The notes: generated by a model not told the origin, from the sequence alone. DNA of 32,000 bases from Flavobacteriaceae bacterium (GCA_035654775.1 DASRWB010000009.1:6422-38421), one strand, 5' to 3'. Shown: positions 1 through 8,885, numbered from the stretch's first letter. Made by a program: numbers and translations.

Positions 1-3000
1 TACTCCATTAATGACGGAGCCGATTGGATAACCATAGGTACAATTAATGACGAAAACCACGTGACGTCCAATGTTTGTGCCGAGATGCAATTTGTTATTC
101 CGGGCGCGTCTTTGCCTAACGGCTCAGATTTTAAGCTTCAGTTTGTAGGAAACTGGGCAGCCGGCGATTATTACATCTATTTGGATAATGTTTCGGCAAC
201 GCAAGAAGTTGTTGGCCCACCCTCATGTGTTAACCTAACTACTCCCGTAAACGGTGCTACCGGTGTGAGTATAAATACTGATTTGGCCTGGACTACCGCT
301 ACCAACATCCCTCAAGGATATAATTTAACGGTAGGAACAACCTCAGGAGGTAACGATATAGCAGATACCGATACCGGATTATCCACAGTGTATGATTTAC
401 CAACACTGGAATATGGTACCACTTATTACGTAAATATAGTTCCTTACAACGCAAATGGACCGGCCTTAGATTGTGCCGAGTTTTCATTTACTACAGGAGC
501 TGATCCAAATGCACCGGTAGACTGTTCTTCCGGAGCGCCTATAAATGTAGAATACTGTTACACAAATAACGAAACGACAACCTGGAACTTCCAAAGTTCA
601 GACGGTTCGCCTTTAAATATATTCTTTAACGCAGGTTATATGGAAGGTTGTTGTGACGACATCACCATATATGATGGTGCTGACGATACGGCTCCCGTAC
701 TTTACGGTGGAAACAACGGCGGAAACCTAGCCGGCTTATCGGTAAATACTACCGGAGACAGCATGTATATTGTAATTGATAGCGACGGTTCCGTAAGTTG
801 TGACTCAACCGGGAATACTCCTATGGATTTTGATGTGTCTTGTATCGACTTAACCGCTGTGCCTAACTGTAATTCAGAGTTAACCTCACCGGTAAACGGA
901 GCAACCAATGTAGATGTGGCTTCCAGCATAAACTGGAGTCCGGCCTCAGTAATTGTTGACGGATACTTCCTTTCAATAGGAACAACACCGGGCGGTACAG
1001 ACATTCTTGACAACGAACAACTTGTTGGTAATGTACTTAGCTATAGTCCGGGAATATTACCCTATGAGTCTACTATTTATGTAAGTATTGTGCCATACAA
1101 CTCAAACGGGAATGCAGAAAACTGTACAGAATACTCTTTCACTACAGAAGTAAATCCTTACCAGTGTGAAGCTGAAGACCAGTGTTTGTTTACATTTACC
1201 TTAACGGATAGCTTTGGTGACGGATGGAACGGAAACACTATGACCATTTCACAAGATGGATTAGAAATAGAAATTATAGGTTCCACATTTACTTCCGGTT
1301 CAAGTGCTGAAATACAACTCCCTTTATGTGATGGGTTGCCTTTTGAGCTATTCTGGAATTCCGGAGGAAGTTTTGCCGGTGAAGTAGGCATTACCGTGAC
1401 CGATCCTTTTGGTGAAGAAGTATTCGCCATGTCCAACGGTAATGGTTCCTTACAGAATTCACTACTTTATTCACAAGTCGTAAACTGTACACCTCCTACC
1501 TGTCCTAAACCTATAGATGTGGCTATTGGAGAAATCAACATGAATAACGCAGAAATTTCCTGGACAGAAGTAGGCGATGCTACTACCTGGGAAGTTATTG
1601 TACAGCCACTAGGGTCAGGATATCCATCGGGTGATGAAGCCGAAATTGTACAAACTACCGATAACCCATACGTTTATGAAGGACTAGATTCCGGAACACA
1701 ATACGAAGTATATGTAAGAGCAATATGTGCTGAAGACGACTTAAGCGACTGGCAAGGTCCGGTAGCCTTTGACACTACGATATGTGATGCTGTAGACCAG
1801 TGTTTATACACGTTTAGCTTAACAGATAGCTTTGGTGACGGATGGAACGGAAACACCATGAGTGTATTGCAAAATGGAATAGAAGTAGGTATTTTAGGCC
1901 CAACGTTCACTTCAGGAGCCGGACCTGTAGAAGTACAAGTTGCTTTATGCGACGGCGTACCGTTTGAACTTTTCTGGAATTCAGGAGGAAGTTTTGCCGG
2001 TGAAGTAGGCGTGTCTATTACTGACCCCTTTGAAGATGTTGTATTTACCATGCCAAGCGGCAACGGGTCGTTACAAAACTCATCGTTATATACTGATGTA
2101 GTAAACTGTACACCGCCAACGTGTCCTGAGCCTACAGATGTGACCATAGGCGAAATCAACATGAATGATGTGGAAGTTTCCTGGACAGAGAATGGCGAAG
2201 CCACTACCTGGGAAGTTATCGTGCAGCCACTAGGCTCCGGATATCCATCAGGCGATGAAGCGGAAATTGTTCAAACCACTGAGAATCCATTTGTTTACGA
2301 AGGCTTAGATTCGGGAACACAGTATGAAGTTTACGTTAGAGCCGTATGTGCTGAAGACGATTTAAGCGACTGGCATGGTCCGGTTGCCTTTGATACTACG
2401 ATATGTAATGCTGAAGACCAGTGTTTATATACTTTCGTAATGACTGACAGTTTTGGTGACGGATGGAATGGAAACACCATGAGTGTATTACAAAACGGAA
2501 TAGAAGTAGGTATTATAGGACCAACATTCACTTCAGGAGCCGGTCCGGTAGAAGTACAAGTAGCTTTATGTGACGGCGTTCCTTTTGAGCTTTTCTGGAA
2601 TGCAGGCGGCAGCTTTGCCGGTGAAGTAGGCGTAGTTGTACTTGATGCTTTTGAAGAAGACTTATTTACAATGCCTAGCGGCAACGGGTCGTTACAAAAC
2701 TCATCACTATATACCGACGTCGTAAACTGTACACCGCCTACCTGTCCGCGACCTATAGATTTAACTATAGAAAATATTACACCAAACTCTGTTGAGGTTT
2801 CCTGGACAGAAATTGGAACCGCCACTACCTGGGATGTTATTGTACAGCCGGTAGGGTCAGGTTATCCAACAGGAGACGAAGCAGAAATCGTACAAACTAC
2901 CGATAACCCAATGACTTATGAAGGTCTTGATGCGGGTGTGGAGTACGAAATTTATGTACGCGCAGTTTGTGGTGAAGACGATTTAAGTGATTGGAGAGGA

Positions 3001-6000
3001 CCAATAACCTTTAATACTCCAATATTAGTAGATTGTGAAGCCGCTGATATTATCAATACGACTTTCTGTTATGAAAGTGGAAACAACGCTTTTGTTGAGT
3101 TATACAGCTTCCAAAGCACTTCAGGATTCCCGCTTAATATTGAATTTAACGCCGGGTATTTAGAATCTTGCTGTGATTTTATCCGAATTGAAAACGGAGA
3201 AGGTGGAGTATTATACGAAGGAAACAATGGTGGAAACTTAGCAGGTTTAAGCTTAATGAGTGATACAAATACCTTAGTTATCTATCTGGATGCTGATGGT
3301 TCAGTTAGCTGTTCAAGTAGTGGAAATACACCGTGGGATTTCGATGTATGGTGTCAAACCTGTATCCCTCAAACCGCAAGTTTTGATGTGGTAAACGGAG
3401 ACTGCTCGACAGATCCAAATAACCCTGTATTTGAAGTAGAAGTAGATTTAAGCGATATGGGTGATGCTGAAACCTTAACGGTTGCTGATAACCAAGGAAG
3501 CGACCCCATAGAGGTTAGCGAAACAGGAATCCTTATCCTTGGACCTTATCCTGCTAATGCTAACGTTATTGTAACTGTAACTAATGCAGACGATGGAAAT
3601 TGTGTTGTAGAGAGTAATCCGTTAACGTTCTTATGTCCACCACCACCAAACCCTTGTTCTATAGTGTTTGCAGGTGATGACCAAGAAGTGGATTGTGATA
3701 ACCCTGAAACCGAGTTGTCAGGATATTTCCACCTATACGGAAACGATACCAGCAGCTATGAGATAAATGCCATTGATACTTGTCCTACACCACCGGTTGA
3801 CGGCGCTACGCCAACCAGTGTAAACAGTGACGATATCTGGTCCGGAGTTATTGATTTAGGATTTGAGTTCTGCTTCTATGGAGGCACTTATGACCAAGTA
3901 ATTATTGGATCAAACGGGGTAATTAGTTTTGAAGTAGGGTATGCCAATACCGGAAACGGATGGGCATTTGACCCGGATGATACCCTGCCCAATGCAACCA
4001 ATATGTCTATTACCGAAGCCAATATATTTGGTGTAGGTCATGATATAGACCCAAGTGTTTGCGGAAGTATAGACTATGTGGTTTTAGGTTCAGCACCATA
4101 CAGACAATTCGTGGTTAACTTTAACGCGGTATGTCACTTTGGATCACAGTGTAACTCTAACGAAACCACAAGTCAAATTGTGTTACACGAGTCTTCAAAC
4201 AATATAGACATTCACGTACTAAGTAAGCCAACCTGTACATCATGGAATGACGGACTTGCCGTAATAGGTTTACAAAGCATTGACGACACCCAAGGGGTTT
4301 CGCCTCCGGGACGAAACATGGGCGTGTGGACGGTTACAGAACCTGAATCTTGGAGATTCTCTCCAGCAGGAGATCCGTTGTATACCCTTGAGTGGTTAGA
4401 TGAAGAAGGTACCGTAGTAGGTACAGAGCAAAACATAACCGTTTCTCCAAGCCAGTCTACTACCTATACATTAGCCGTAACGTACGATTTATGTACCGGT
4501 GGTGAAGCTACGGTTACTGACGAAGTACACGTTACGTTCAATGGTGGAGACAGCGATTCCTCTTTCGAATTGACGCCATCTTGTAACGGAGCTACTGCTG
4601 AAATTACCGGTGATGAAGGAGGAACATTTGCTTTCGATCCAGAACCCGGAGATGATGCAGAAATAGATGAAGTAACCGGAGAAATTACCAATGGAACACC
4701 GGGAGCAACCTATTCGGTAACCTATACTATAGACAGTGAATGTCCTTCAACTACTACAGTAGAAGTTACTTTACTGCCCGGAGAAGATGCTTCCTTTACG
4801 CTAGATTCTACCTGTAACGAAGCTACAGCTACCGTTACCGGAGATGCAGGAGGAACATTTGCCTTCAATCCTGAGCCCGGAGATGACGCAGAAATAGACG
4901 CAGAAACAGGAGCTATTACTAATGGAGTAATTGGAACGACATATACCGTTCAGTATACTACCTCAGGCGAATGTCCATCATCTTCAACACAAAGCATTAC
5001 GCTGGAAGACAATGATAGTCCTGAAGCCGTTTGTAACAACATTGTAGTAAGTTTAGATGAATCCGGAAACTATACCTTATCAGAAGATGATATAGCCGCT
5101 ATAGGAAGCGGAAGCAGCGATACTTGTGGAATTGACAGCATGATGGTTTCACAAGACAGTTTTACCTGTGATAACATTGGAGACAATGAAATCACTTTAA
5201 CTGTAGTTGATGTAAATGGAAATGAAGCTACATGTACAGCTACTGTAACAGTAGAAGGTATAGAAGTTGAGGTTTCTATTACAGAAACGCCATTGTCCGA
5301 TTACTGTCAAGGAGTTATCTTAACTGCTGAAAGTGAAGGAGCTGTTAGCTACGCATGGACAACCGGAGAAGATACACAAATTATAGAAGTTGTAGAAAAT
5401 GGCGTTTATGGTGTAACAGTAACCAATGCATCAGGATGTACAGGTTCTATAGAATACGAAGTTACCAGTATTTCTGAAGGAACTTCAATATCCGATTATA
5501 CCATAGTAGCCAGTAACCGTGTGTTTTTACATGGAAACAACACTGTTGAAACCGGCGCAGTAGGCGTTACCAGTGCAAACGGATCTATCCGCTTACACCA
5601 GGGAAGTCATGTTGTTGGTACAGCAGAAGCAGCAAATATTACGTTAAACCAAGGAAGTACAGTTGGCAACGAAGTAGAACAAGCTGCGGATCCACAAGTT
5701 CCGGAATTTATGTACAACACACTTTCTAACAGTGACAGTCCATCAGTGAATGTAGCTTCAGGAGAAACCATGACCTTAGATGGTGAGGTTTACGACCTGA
5801 TTAGAGTACAAGCCGGTGCTACTGTAGTATTCTCTCAGTCTAATGTATTTGTTAACAAGATACAAACCTGGGATGGTGCAAGTATTGAATTTGAAAGTTG
5901 TGCCAATGTTTATGTGAACGATATGTTTATATTGGCTAAAAACGGAGTTATCAATTCCTATGGTAACCGCGTGTTATTCTTTGTAAACAATGACATTCAT

Positions 6001-6456
6001 ATCGAGAAAGGATCCCATGTTTCCGCGATTATGTATACTACCGGACAACTATTGGCAAAAGGTTCTAATGTGAACAGTAACAATCCGGAATCTACGTATA
6101 TGACAGGATTGTTTATTGCAGAAAGAGTTCACGGAGACCAAAACGTTATTTGGAATACTGCCGATATATGTGAGCCATGTCCGGTTTACGAAGGTGGAAA
6201 CCAATACCGATCTAATTTTGAAGTAGTATCCTGGCCAAACCCATCAGATACTAAGTTTAATCTGAAAATTAGAACACAAGACTTTAGCACCAGTGCAAGA
6301 GTTGATGTATTCGACATTAATGGTAAACTAGTTCATACTACAACACTAGAACCGGGTCGAGAAATTAATTTCGGATCTGAATTAGAAGGAGGAATATACA
6401 TGGTTAAAGTTAACCAAGGTAAGAATACCAAGATTGTAAGACTAGTTAAGTACTAG
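1..6456 (+). CDS. Giant multidomain T9SS-secreted cell-surface (adhesin-like) protein, 5'-partial
   Basis: Frame 1 has no stop from nt 1, so the ORF runs off the left edge; the tracked start at nt 61 is probably internal. The product is a domain mosaic: FN3-like units (PPSCVNLTTPVNGATGV...YYVNIVPYN), two paralogous CUB-like Cys-framed modules (nt 523-843 and 3034-3354, e.g. FNAGYMEGCCDDITIYDG), three tandem DSFGDGWNGN+FN3 modules, a NIDO-like segment (FCFYGGTYDQVIIGSNGVISF), 2x77-aa repeats, an HYR/Ig-like unit and a beta-helix-like stretch. The last ~80 aa (from about nt 6211) look like a T9SS C-terminal sorting domain, ending GIYMVKVNQGKNTKIVRLVKY. Confidence 0.85.
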   Translation, partial: YSINDGADWITIGTINDENHVTSNVCAEMQFVIPGASLPNGSDFKLQFVGNWAAGDYYIYLDNVSATQEVVGPPSCVNLTTPVNGATGVSINTDLAWTTATNIPQGYNLTVGTTSGGNDIADTDTGLSTVYDLPTLEYGTTYYVNIVPYNANGPALDCAEFSFTTGADPNAPVDCSSGAPINVEYCYTNNETTTWNFQSSDGSPLNIFFNAGYMEGCCDDITIYDGADDTAPVLYGGNNGGNLAGLSVNTTGDSMYIVIDSDGSVSCDSTGNTPMDFDVSCIDLTAVPNCNSELTSPVNGATNVDVASSINWSPASVIVDGYFLSIGTTPGGTDILDNEQLVGNVLSYSPGILPYESTIYVSIVPYNSNGNAENCTEYSFTTEVNPYQCEAEDQCLFTFTLTDSFGDGWNGNTMTISQDGLEIEIIGSTFTSGSSAEIQLPLCDGLPFELFWNSGGSFAGEVGITVTDPFGEEVFAMSNGNGSLQNSLLYSQVVNCTPPTCPKPIDVAIGEINMNNAEISWTEVGDATTWEVIVQPLGSGYPSGDEAEIVQTTDNPYVYEGLDSGTQYEVYVRAICAEDDLSDWQGPVAFDTTICDAVDQCLYTFSLTDSFGDGWNGNTMSVLQNGIEVGILGPTFTSGAGPVEVQVALCDGVPFELFWNSGGSFAGEVGVSITDPFEDVVFTMPSGNGSLQNSSLYTDVVNCTPPTCPEPTDVTIGEINMNDVEVSWTENGEATTWEVIVQPLGSGYPSGDEAEIVQTTENPFVYEGLDSGTQYEVYVRAVCAEDDLSDWHGPVAFDTTICNAEDQCLYTFVMTDSFGDGWNGNTMSVLQNGIEVGIIGPTFTSGAGPVEVQVALCDGVPFELFWNAGGSFAGEVGVVVLDAFEEDLFTMPSGNGSLQNSSLYTDVVNCTPPTCPRPIDLTIENITPNSVEVSWTEIGTATTWDVIVQPVGSGYPTGDEAEIVQTTDNPMTYEGLDAGVEYEIYVRAVCGEDDLSDWRGPITFNTPILVDCEAADIINTTFCYESGNNAFVELYSFQSTSGFPLNIEFNAGYLESCCDFIRIENGEGGVLYEGNNGGNLAGLSLMSDTNTLVIYLDADGSVSCSSSGNTPWDFDVWCQTCIPQTASFDVVNGDCSTDPNNPVFEVEVDLSDMGDAETLTVADNQGSDPIEVSETGILILGPYPANANVIVTVTNADDGNCVVESNPLTFLCPPPPNPCSIVFAGDDQEVDCDNPETELSGYFHLYGNDTSSYEINAIDTCPTPPVDGATPTSVNSDDIWSGVIDLGFEFCFYGGTYDQVIIGSNGVISFEVGYANTGNGWAFDPDDTLPNATNMSITEANIFGVGHDIDPSVCGSIDYVVLGSAPYRQFVVNFNAVCHFGSQCNSNETTSQIVLHESSNNIDIHVLSKPTCTSWNDGLAVIGLQSIDDTQGVSPPGRNMGVWTVTEPESWRFSPAGDPLYTLEWLDEEGTVVGTEQNITVSPSQSTTYTLAVTYDLCTGGEATVTDEVHVTFNGGDSDSSFELTPSCNGATAEITGDEGGTFAFDPEPGDDAEIDEVTGEITNGTPGATYSVTYTIDSECPSTTTVEVTLLPGEDASFTLDSTCNEATATVTGDAGGTFAFNPEPGDDAEIDAETGAITNGVIGTTYTVQYTTSGECPSSSTQSITLEDNDSPEAVCNNIVVSLDESGNYTLSEDDIAAIGSGSSDTCGIDSMMVSQDSFTCDNIGDNEITLTVVDVNGNEATCTATVTVEGIEVEVSITETPLSDYCQGVILTAESEGAVSYAWTTGEDTQIIEVVENGVYGVTVTNASGCTGSIEYEVTSISEGTSISDYTIVASNRVFLHGNNTVETGAVGVTSANGSIRLHQGSHVVGTAEAANITLNQGSTVGNEVEQAADPQVPEFMYNTLSNSDSPSVNVASGETMTLDGEVYDLIRVQAGATVVFSQSNVFVNKIQTWDGASIEFESCANVYVNDMFILAKNGVINSYGNRVLFFVNNDIHIEKGSHVSAIMYTTGQLLAKGSNVNSNNPESTYMTGLFIAERVHGDQNVIWNTADICEPCPVYEGGNQYRSNFEVVSWPNPSDTKFNLKIRTQDFSTSARVDVFDINGKLVHTTTLEPGREINFGSELEGGIYMVKVNQGKNTKIVRLVKY
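1165..3021 (+). repeat. Intragenic tandem repeat, 3 copies of 618/621 nt (206/207 codons)
   Basis: Copies start at the Cys codons at nt 1165, 1783 and 2404 (CEAEDQCLFTF / CDAVDQCLYTF / CNAEDQCLYTF). They stay colinear through ...EDDLSDW.GP..F.T. Similarity is visible at both DNA and protein level. Confidence 0.95.
4561..5022 (+). repeat. Intragenic tandem repeat, 2 copies of 231 nt (77 codons)
   Basis: SFELTPSCNGATAEITGDEGGTFAFDPEPGDDAEIDEVTGEITNG... is followed by SFTLDSTCNEATATVTGDAGGTFAFNPEPGDDAEIDAETGAITNG... The copies start at nt 4561 and 4792. Confidence 0.9.
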
Positions 6457-6483
6457 TAGAATAAACAATCTATAACATAAAAT

Positions 6484-6512
6484 AGCCCGGACAGTTTGTC
6501 CGGGCTATTTTA
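6484..6512 (+). terminator. Intrinsic terminator after the giant T9SS cargo gene
   Basis: Perfect 10-bp stem: agcccggaca (6484-6493) pairs with tgtccgggct (6497-6506) across a 3-nt loop. An attttat tract follows. It lies 28 nt after the stop codon. Confidence 0.8.
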
Positions 6513-6556
6513 TGATTAAATATAAAGACCTTTTCTTGTAATGTTATTTTGGAAAC

Positions 6557-6592
6557 AAAAAAAGCCTTGCTTCTAATTAGAAGCAAGGCTTT
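6557..6592 (-). terminator. Intrinsic terminator after rng
   Basis: 12-bp stem: agccttgcttct (6563-6574) pairs with agaagcaaggct (6579-6590). On the minus strand a run of 7 T follows. It sits immediately after the rng stop at 6598-6600. Confidence 0.85.
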
Positions 6593-6597
6593 AAAAC

Positions 6598-8142
6598 TTA
6601 TTTAAGTTGATTACCTTCTTTATCAAAAAAGTGATATTCCAGGTATGTGTAAGCATCTCTTGGTAAAATTTTAACCCATTTTTTATGTTCAAAAAACCAT
6701 TTTGAACGTACAGATGGAAAACCTTTAGTTAAAAAGGCTGCTATAAAAGGATGTGTGTTTAGGGTCACCTTTTTATAGTCTTTTTTGAATAGTTGTTCCA
6801 GGTCGTGTGTTATTTTTTGAACCAGCACAATAGGTGCCTCAATTTCGTTTCCGTTAAGCCCGTTAGGGTTTTCTTCGACGGTTTTAATGTTCATTTCAGG
6901 TCTAACACGTTGCCTGGTTATTTGTATCAGTCCAAACTTGCTTGGCGGTAATATTTTGTGTTTGGCTCTATCATCTTTCATTTCGTCTCTAAGATGATTA
7001 AAGAGCTTTCTTCGGTTATCGGTTTTTGTTAAATCGATGAAATCTATTACTATAATTCCGCCCATGTCACGCAAACGTAATTGTCGTGCAATTTCAGTGG
7101 CGGCTATTAAGTTTACTTCCAGCGCAGTCTCTTCTTGAGAGTTTGCTTTGTTAGATCTGTTTCCGCTATTTACGTCAATCACATGAAGTGCTTCGGTGTG
7201 TTCTATTACTAAATAGGCACCTTTGGCCATGGAAACCGTTTTACCAAACGAGGTTTTTATTTGTCTTTCAATCCCGTATTTTTCAAATATGGGAACGTTA
7301 GACTGATACGTTTTAACTATGGATTCTTTTTTGGGTGCAATTTGTTGCACATAATCTTTAATTTGAATTGCAAGCGCTTCATCATCAACATGAATGCTGG
7401 TAAAGGAATCGTTAAAAATGTCTCGTAAAATGGACGAGGCTTTGTTTAATTCTCCCAGCACTTTACTAGGATGATGCGCTTTGTGTAGCTTTTTACACAT
7501 TGCCGTCCAGCGACTAAGCAAGTTTTGTAAATCGTTATCCAGTTCGGCTACTTTTTTGCCCTCGGCTACTGTTCGTACAATTATCCCAAACCCTTGTGGA
7601 GTTATACTTTTTACAAGTCGTTTCAGTCGGTCTTTTTCAGCTTTATCTTCAATTTTTTGAGAAATTGAAATTCTGTCAGAAAAAGGGACTAAAACAATAT
7701 ATCTTCCGGCTACAGAAAGCTCAGAGCTTATTCTTGGGCCTTTGGTTGATATGGGTTCTTTTACTATTTGCACGAGAATAGACTGGTTAGACTTCAGTAC
7801 GTTCGCAATGCTACCGTCTTTGTCTATGTCTTTTTCAAATGGGAAATTTTTTAAAGAGAAATCTCTTAGTTTACCTGTGCTTACACGTTTTGTGAATTTT
7901 AAAAGAGAAGGTAATTTTGGACCTAAATCGTGATAATGTAAAAAGGCGTCTTTATCGTAGCCTACGTTTACAAAAGCGGCATTCAGTCCGGGAACTATTT
8001 TCCGTATTTTGGCGATAAACACGTCGCCAACAGAGAAGTTGTTACTATCTTCATCCTTATGCAATTCTACAAGTTTTCCATCTTTTAAAAGGGCAAAATC
8101 AACTTGGTCGGAACTGGATCGAATAATCAATTCTTTTTCCAT
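6598..8142 (-). CDS. rng: Ribonuclease G/E family endoribonuclease
   Basis: 514 aa. There is an N-terminal S1-like segment (VGDVFIAKIRKIVPGLNAAFVNVGYDKDAFLH) and a catalytic core (LVIEHTEALHVIDVNSG, GGIIVIDFIDL, GLIQITRQRVRPE) typical of RNase E/G. Confidence 0.9.
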   Translation of the reverse strand: MEKELIIRSSSDQVDFALLKDGKLVELHKDEDSNNFSVGDVFIAKIRKIVPGLNAAFVNVGYDKDAFLHYHDLGPKLPSLLKFTKRVSTGKLRDFSLKNFPFEKDIDKDGSIANVLKSNQSILVQIVKEPISTKGPRISSELSVAGRYIVLVPFSDRISISQKIEDKAEKDRLKRLVKSITPQGFGIIVRTVAEGKKVAELDNDLQNLLSRWTAMCKKLHKAHHPSKVLGELNKASSILRDIFNDSFTSIHVDDEALAIQIKDYVQQIAPKKESIVKTYQSNVPIFEKYGIERQIKTSFGKTVSMAKGAYLVIEHTEALHVIDVNSGNRSNKANSQEETALEVNLIAATEIARQLRLRDMGGIIVIDFIDLTKTDNRRKLFNHLRDEMKDDRAKHKILPPSKFGLIQITRQRVRPEMNIKTVEENPNGLNGNEIEAPIVLVQKITHDLEQLFKKDYKKVTLNTHPFIAAFLTKGFPSVRSKWFFEHKKWVKILPRDAYTYLEYHFFDKEGNQLK

Positions 8143-8380
8143 GTGTTAATTTTTATCCATTCCTTTTTTGTATTTGGAACAGATGGATTAAACAATATTT
8201 TTTATCTAATAATGTTTTTTAATTATTAGATGAAAATGCCTTAATTACACTAAGTGATTTAAGTGCAATTTTTTTCACAGGCATTTTTTCACAGGATTTT
8301 TATTTAAAAATCCGAAGAGTACTACTTTATGCAAGGTATTATATAAAGTGTGACTCGTTTTCAAAGAACGTTTTACTTTT

Positions 8381-8414
8381 AAAACTAAAAAAGTAGTTAA
8401 GAAACTACTTTTTG
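8381..8414 (-). terminator. Intrinsic terminator ending the HU / small-basic-ORF transcription unit
   Basis: Stem aagtagtt (8391-8398) pairs with aactactt (8403-8410) and can be extended by flanking A:T pairs. On the minus strand a T-rich tract follows. It starts right after the stop of the 30-codon ORF. Confidence 0.7.
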
Positions 8415-8507
8415 TTATTTTTTCTTTTTATGACGGTTTGCGCGTCTTCTTTTTTTACGCTTATGCGTTGCTACCTTGTGTCTTTTGCGTTTTTTACCAC
8501 TTGGCAT
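8415..8507 (-). CDS. 30-aa ultra-basic peptide, candidate small ribosomal protein (bS22 / AURKAIP1-COX24-like)
   Basis: Hand-translated from the minus strand; it is too short for the ORF track. ATG at 8507-8505 and TAA at 8417-8415 give MPSGKKRKRHKVATHKRKKRRRANRHKKKK. It lies 36 nt downstream of the HU gene on the same strand and is followed by a terminator. Confidence 0.6.
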   Translation of the reverse strand: MPSGKKRKRHKVATHKRKKRRRANRHKKKK

Positions 8508-8543
8508 AAGTTGTTTATGTTTTTTAAATTAATATTATGTTTA

Positions 8544-8834
8544 CTATTTTACTTCTACATTGGTTTTAACACCTTCAACAAATACTTTTGCGGGTTTAAA
8601 CGCCGGGATGTTGTGTGCGGGAATTTTAATAGTTGTGTTTTTTGAGATGTTTCTTCCTGTTTTTTCAGCTCGAGTTTTAATAATAAAACTTCCAAAACCT
8701 CTTAAATACACGTTGTCACCACTTTCTAAAGAGGTTTTTACTTCTTCCATAAAGGTTTCAACTGTTGCTTGAACGTCTCCTTTTTCTATTCCTAATTTTT
8801 CGGAAATTTTTGCTACTATATCAGCCTTAGTCAT
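8544..8834 (-). CDS. HU/IHF-family DNA-binding protein
   Basis: 96 aa. The sequence (MTKADIVAKISEKLGIEKGDVQATVETFMEEV...VYLRGFGSFIIKTRAEKTGRNISKNTTIKIPAHNIPAFKPAK) matches the HU/IHF fold signature (RGFGSF, R.GRNP-like arm). Confidence 0.9.
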   Translation of the reverse strand: MTKADIVAKISEKLGIEKGDVQATVETFMEEVKTSLESGDNVYLRGFGSFIIKTRAEKTGRNISKNTTIKIPAHNIPAFKPAKVFVEGVKTNVEVK

Positions 8835-8877
8835 TTTAAAAAAATTTATTTATGTTACTATTGATTATAAAGGGTTG

Positions 8878-8885
8878 CAAATATA
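8878..8885 (-). promoter_or_regulatory. Bacteroidetes-type -7 promoter box (TATATTTG) for the HU gene
   Basis: The plus strand reads caaatata, which is TATATTTG on the minus strand and matches the TAnnTTTG consensus. It is ~44 nt upstream of the HU start. A possible -33 TTG (plus-strand caa at 8907-8909) lies 21 nt upstream. Confidence 0.5.

Noticed and set aside
1158-2825. Minus-strand ORFs of 92, 176 and 164 aa (1158-1436, 1674-2204, 2331-2825) lying inside the giant gene
   Set aside because: They are antisense to the three tandem repeat copies and are mutually similar only because the sense repeats are. The sense frame has clear domain content. The antisense products are low-complexity Ser/Pro/Thr-rich with no start context or recognisable fold.
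8412-8645. 77-aa plus-strand ORF (MLFFLFMTVCASSFF...)
   Set aside because: Its Phe/Leu-rich sequence is the mirror image of the Lys/Arg codons of the 30-codon basic ORF and of the HU gene's 3' end on the minus strand. The minus-strand reading has the better gene context, being co-oriented with the HU gene and followed by a terminator.
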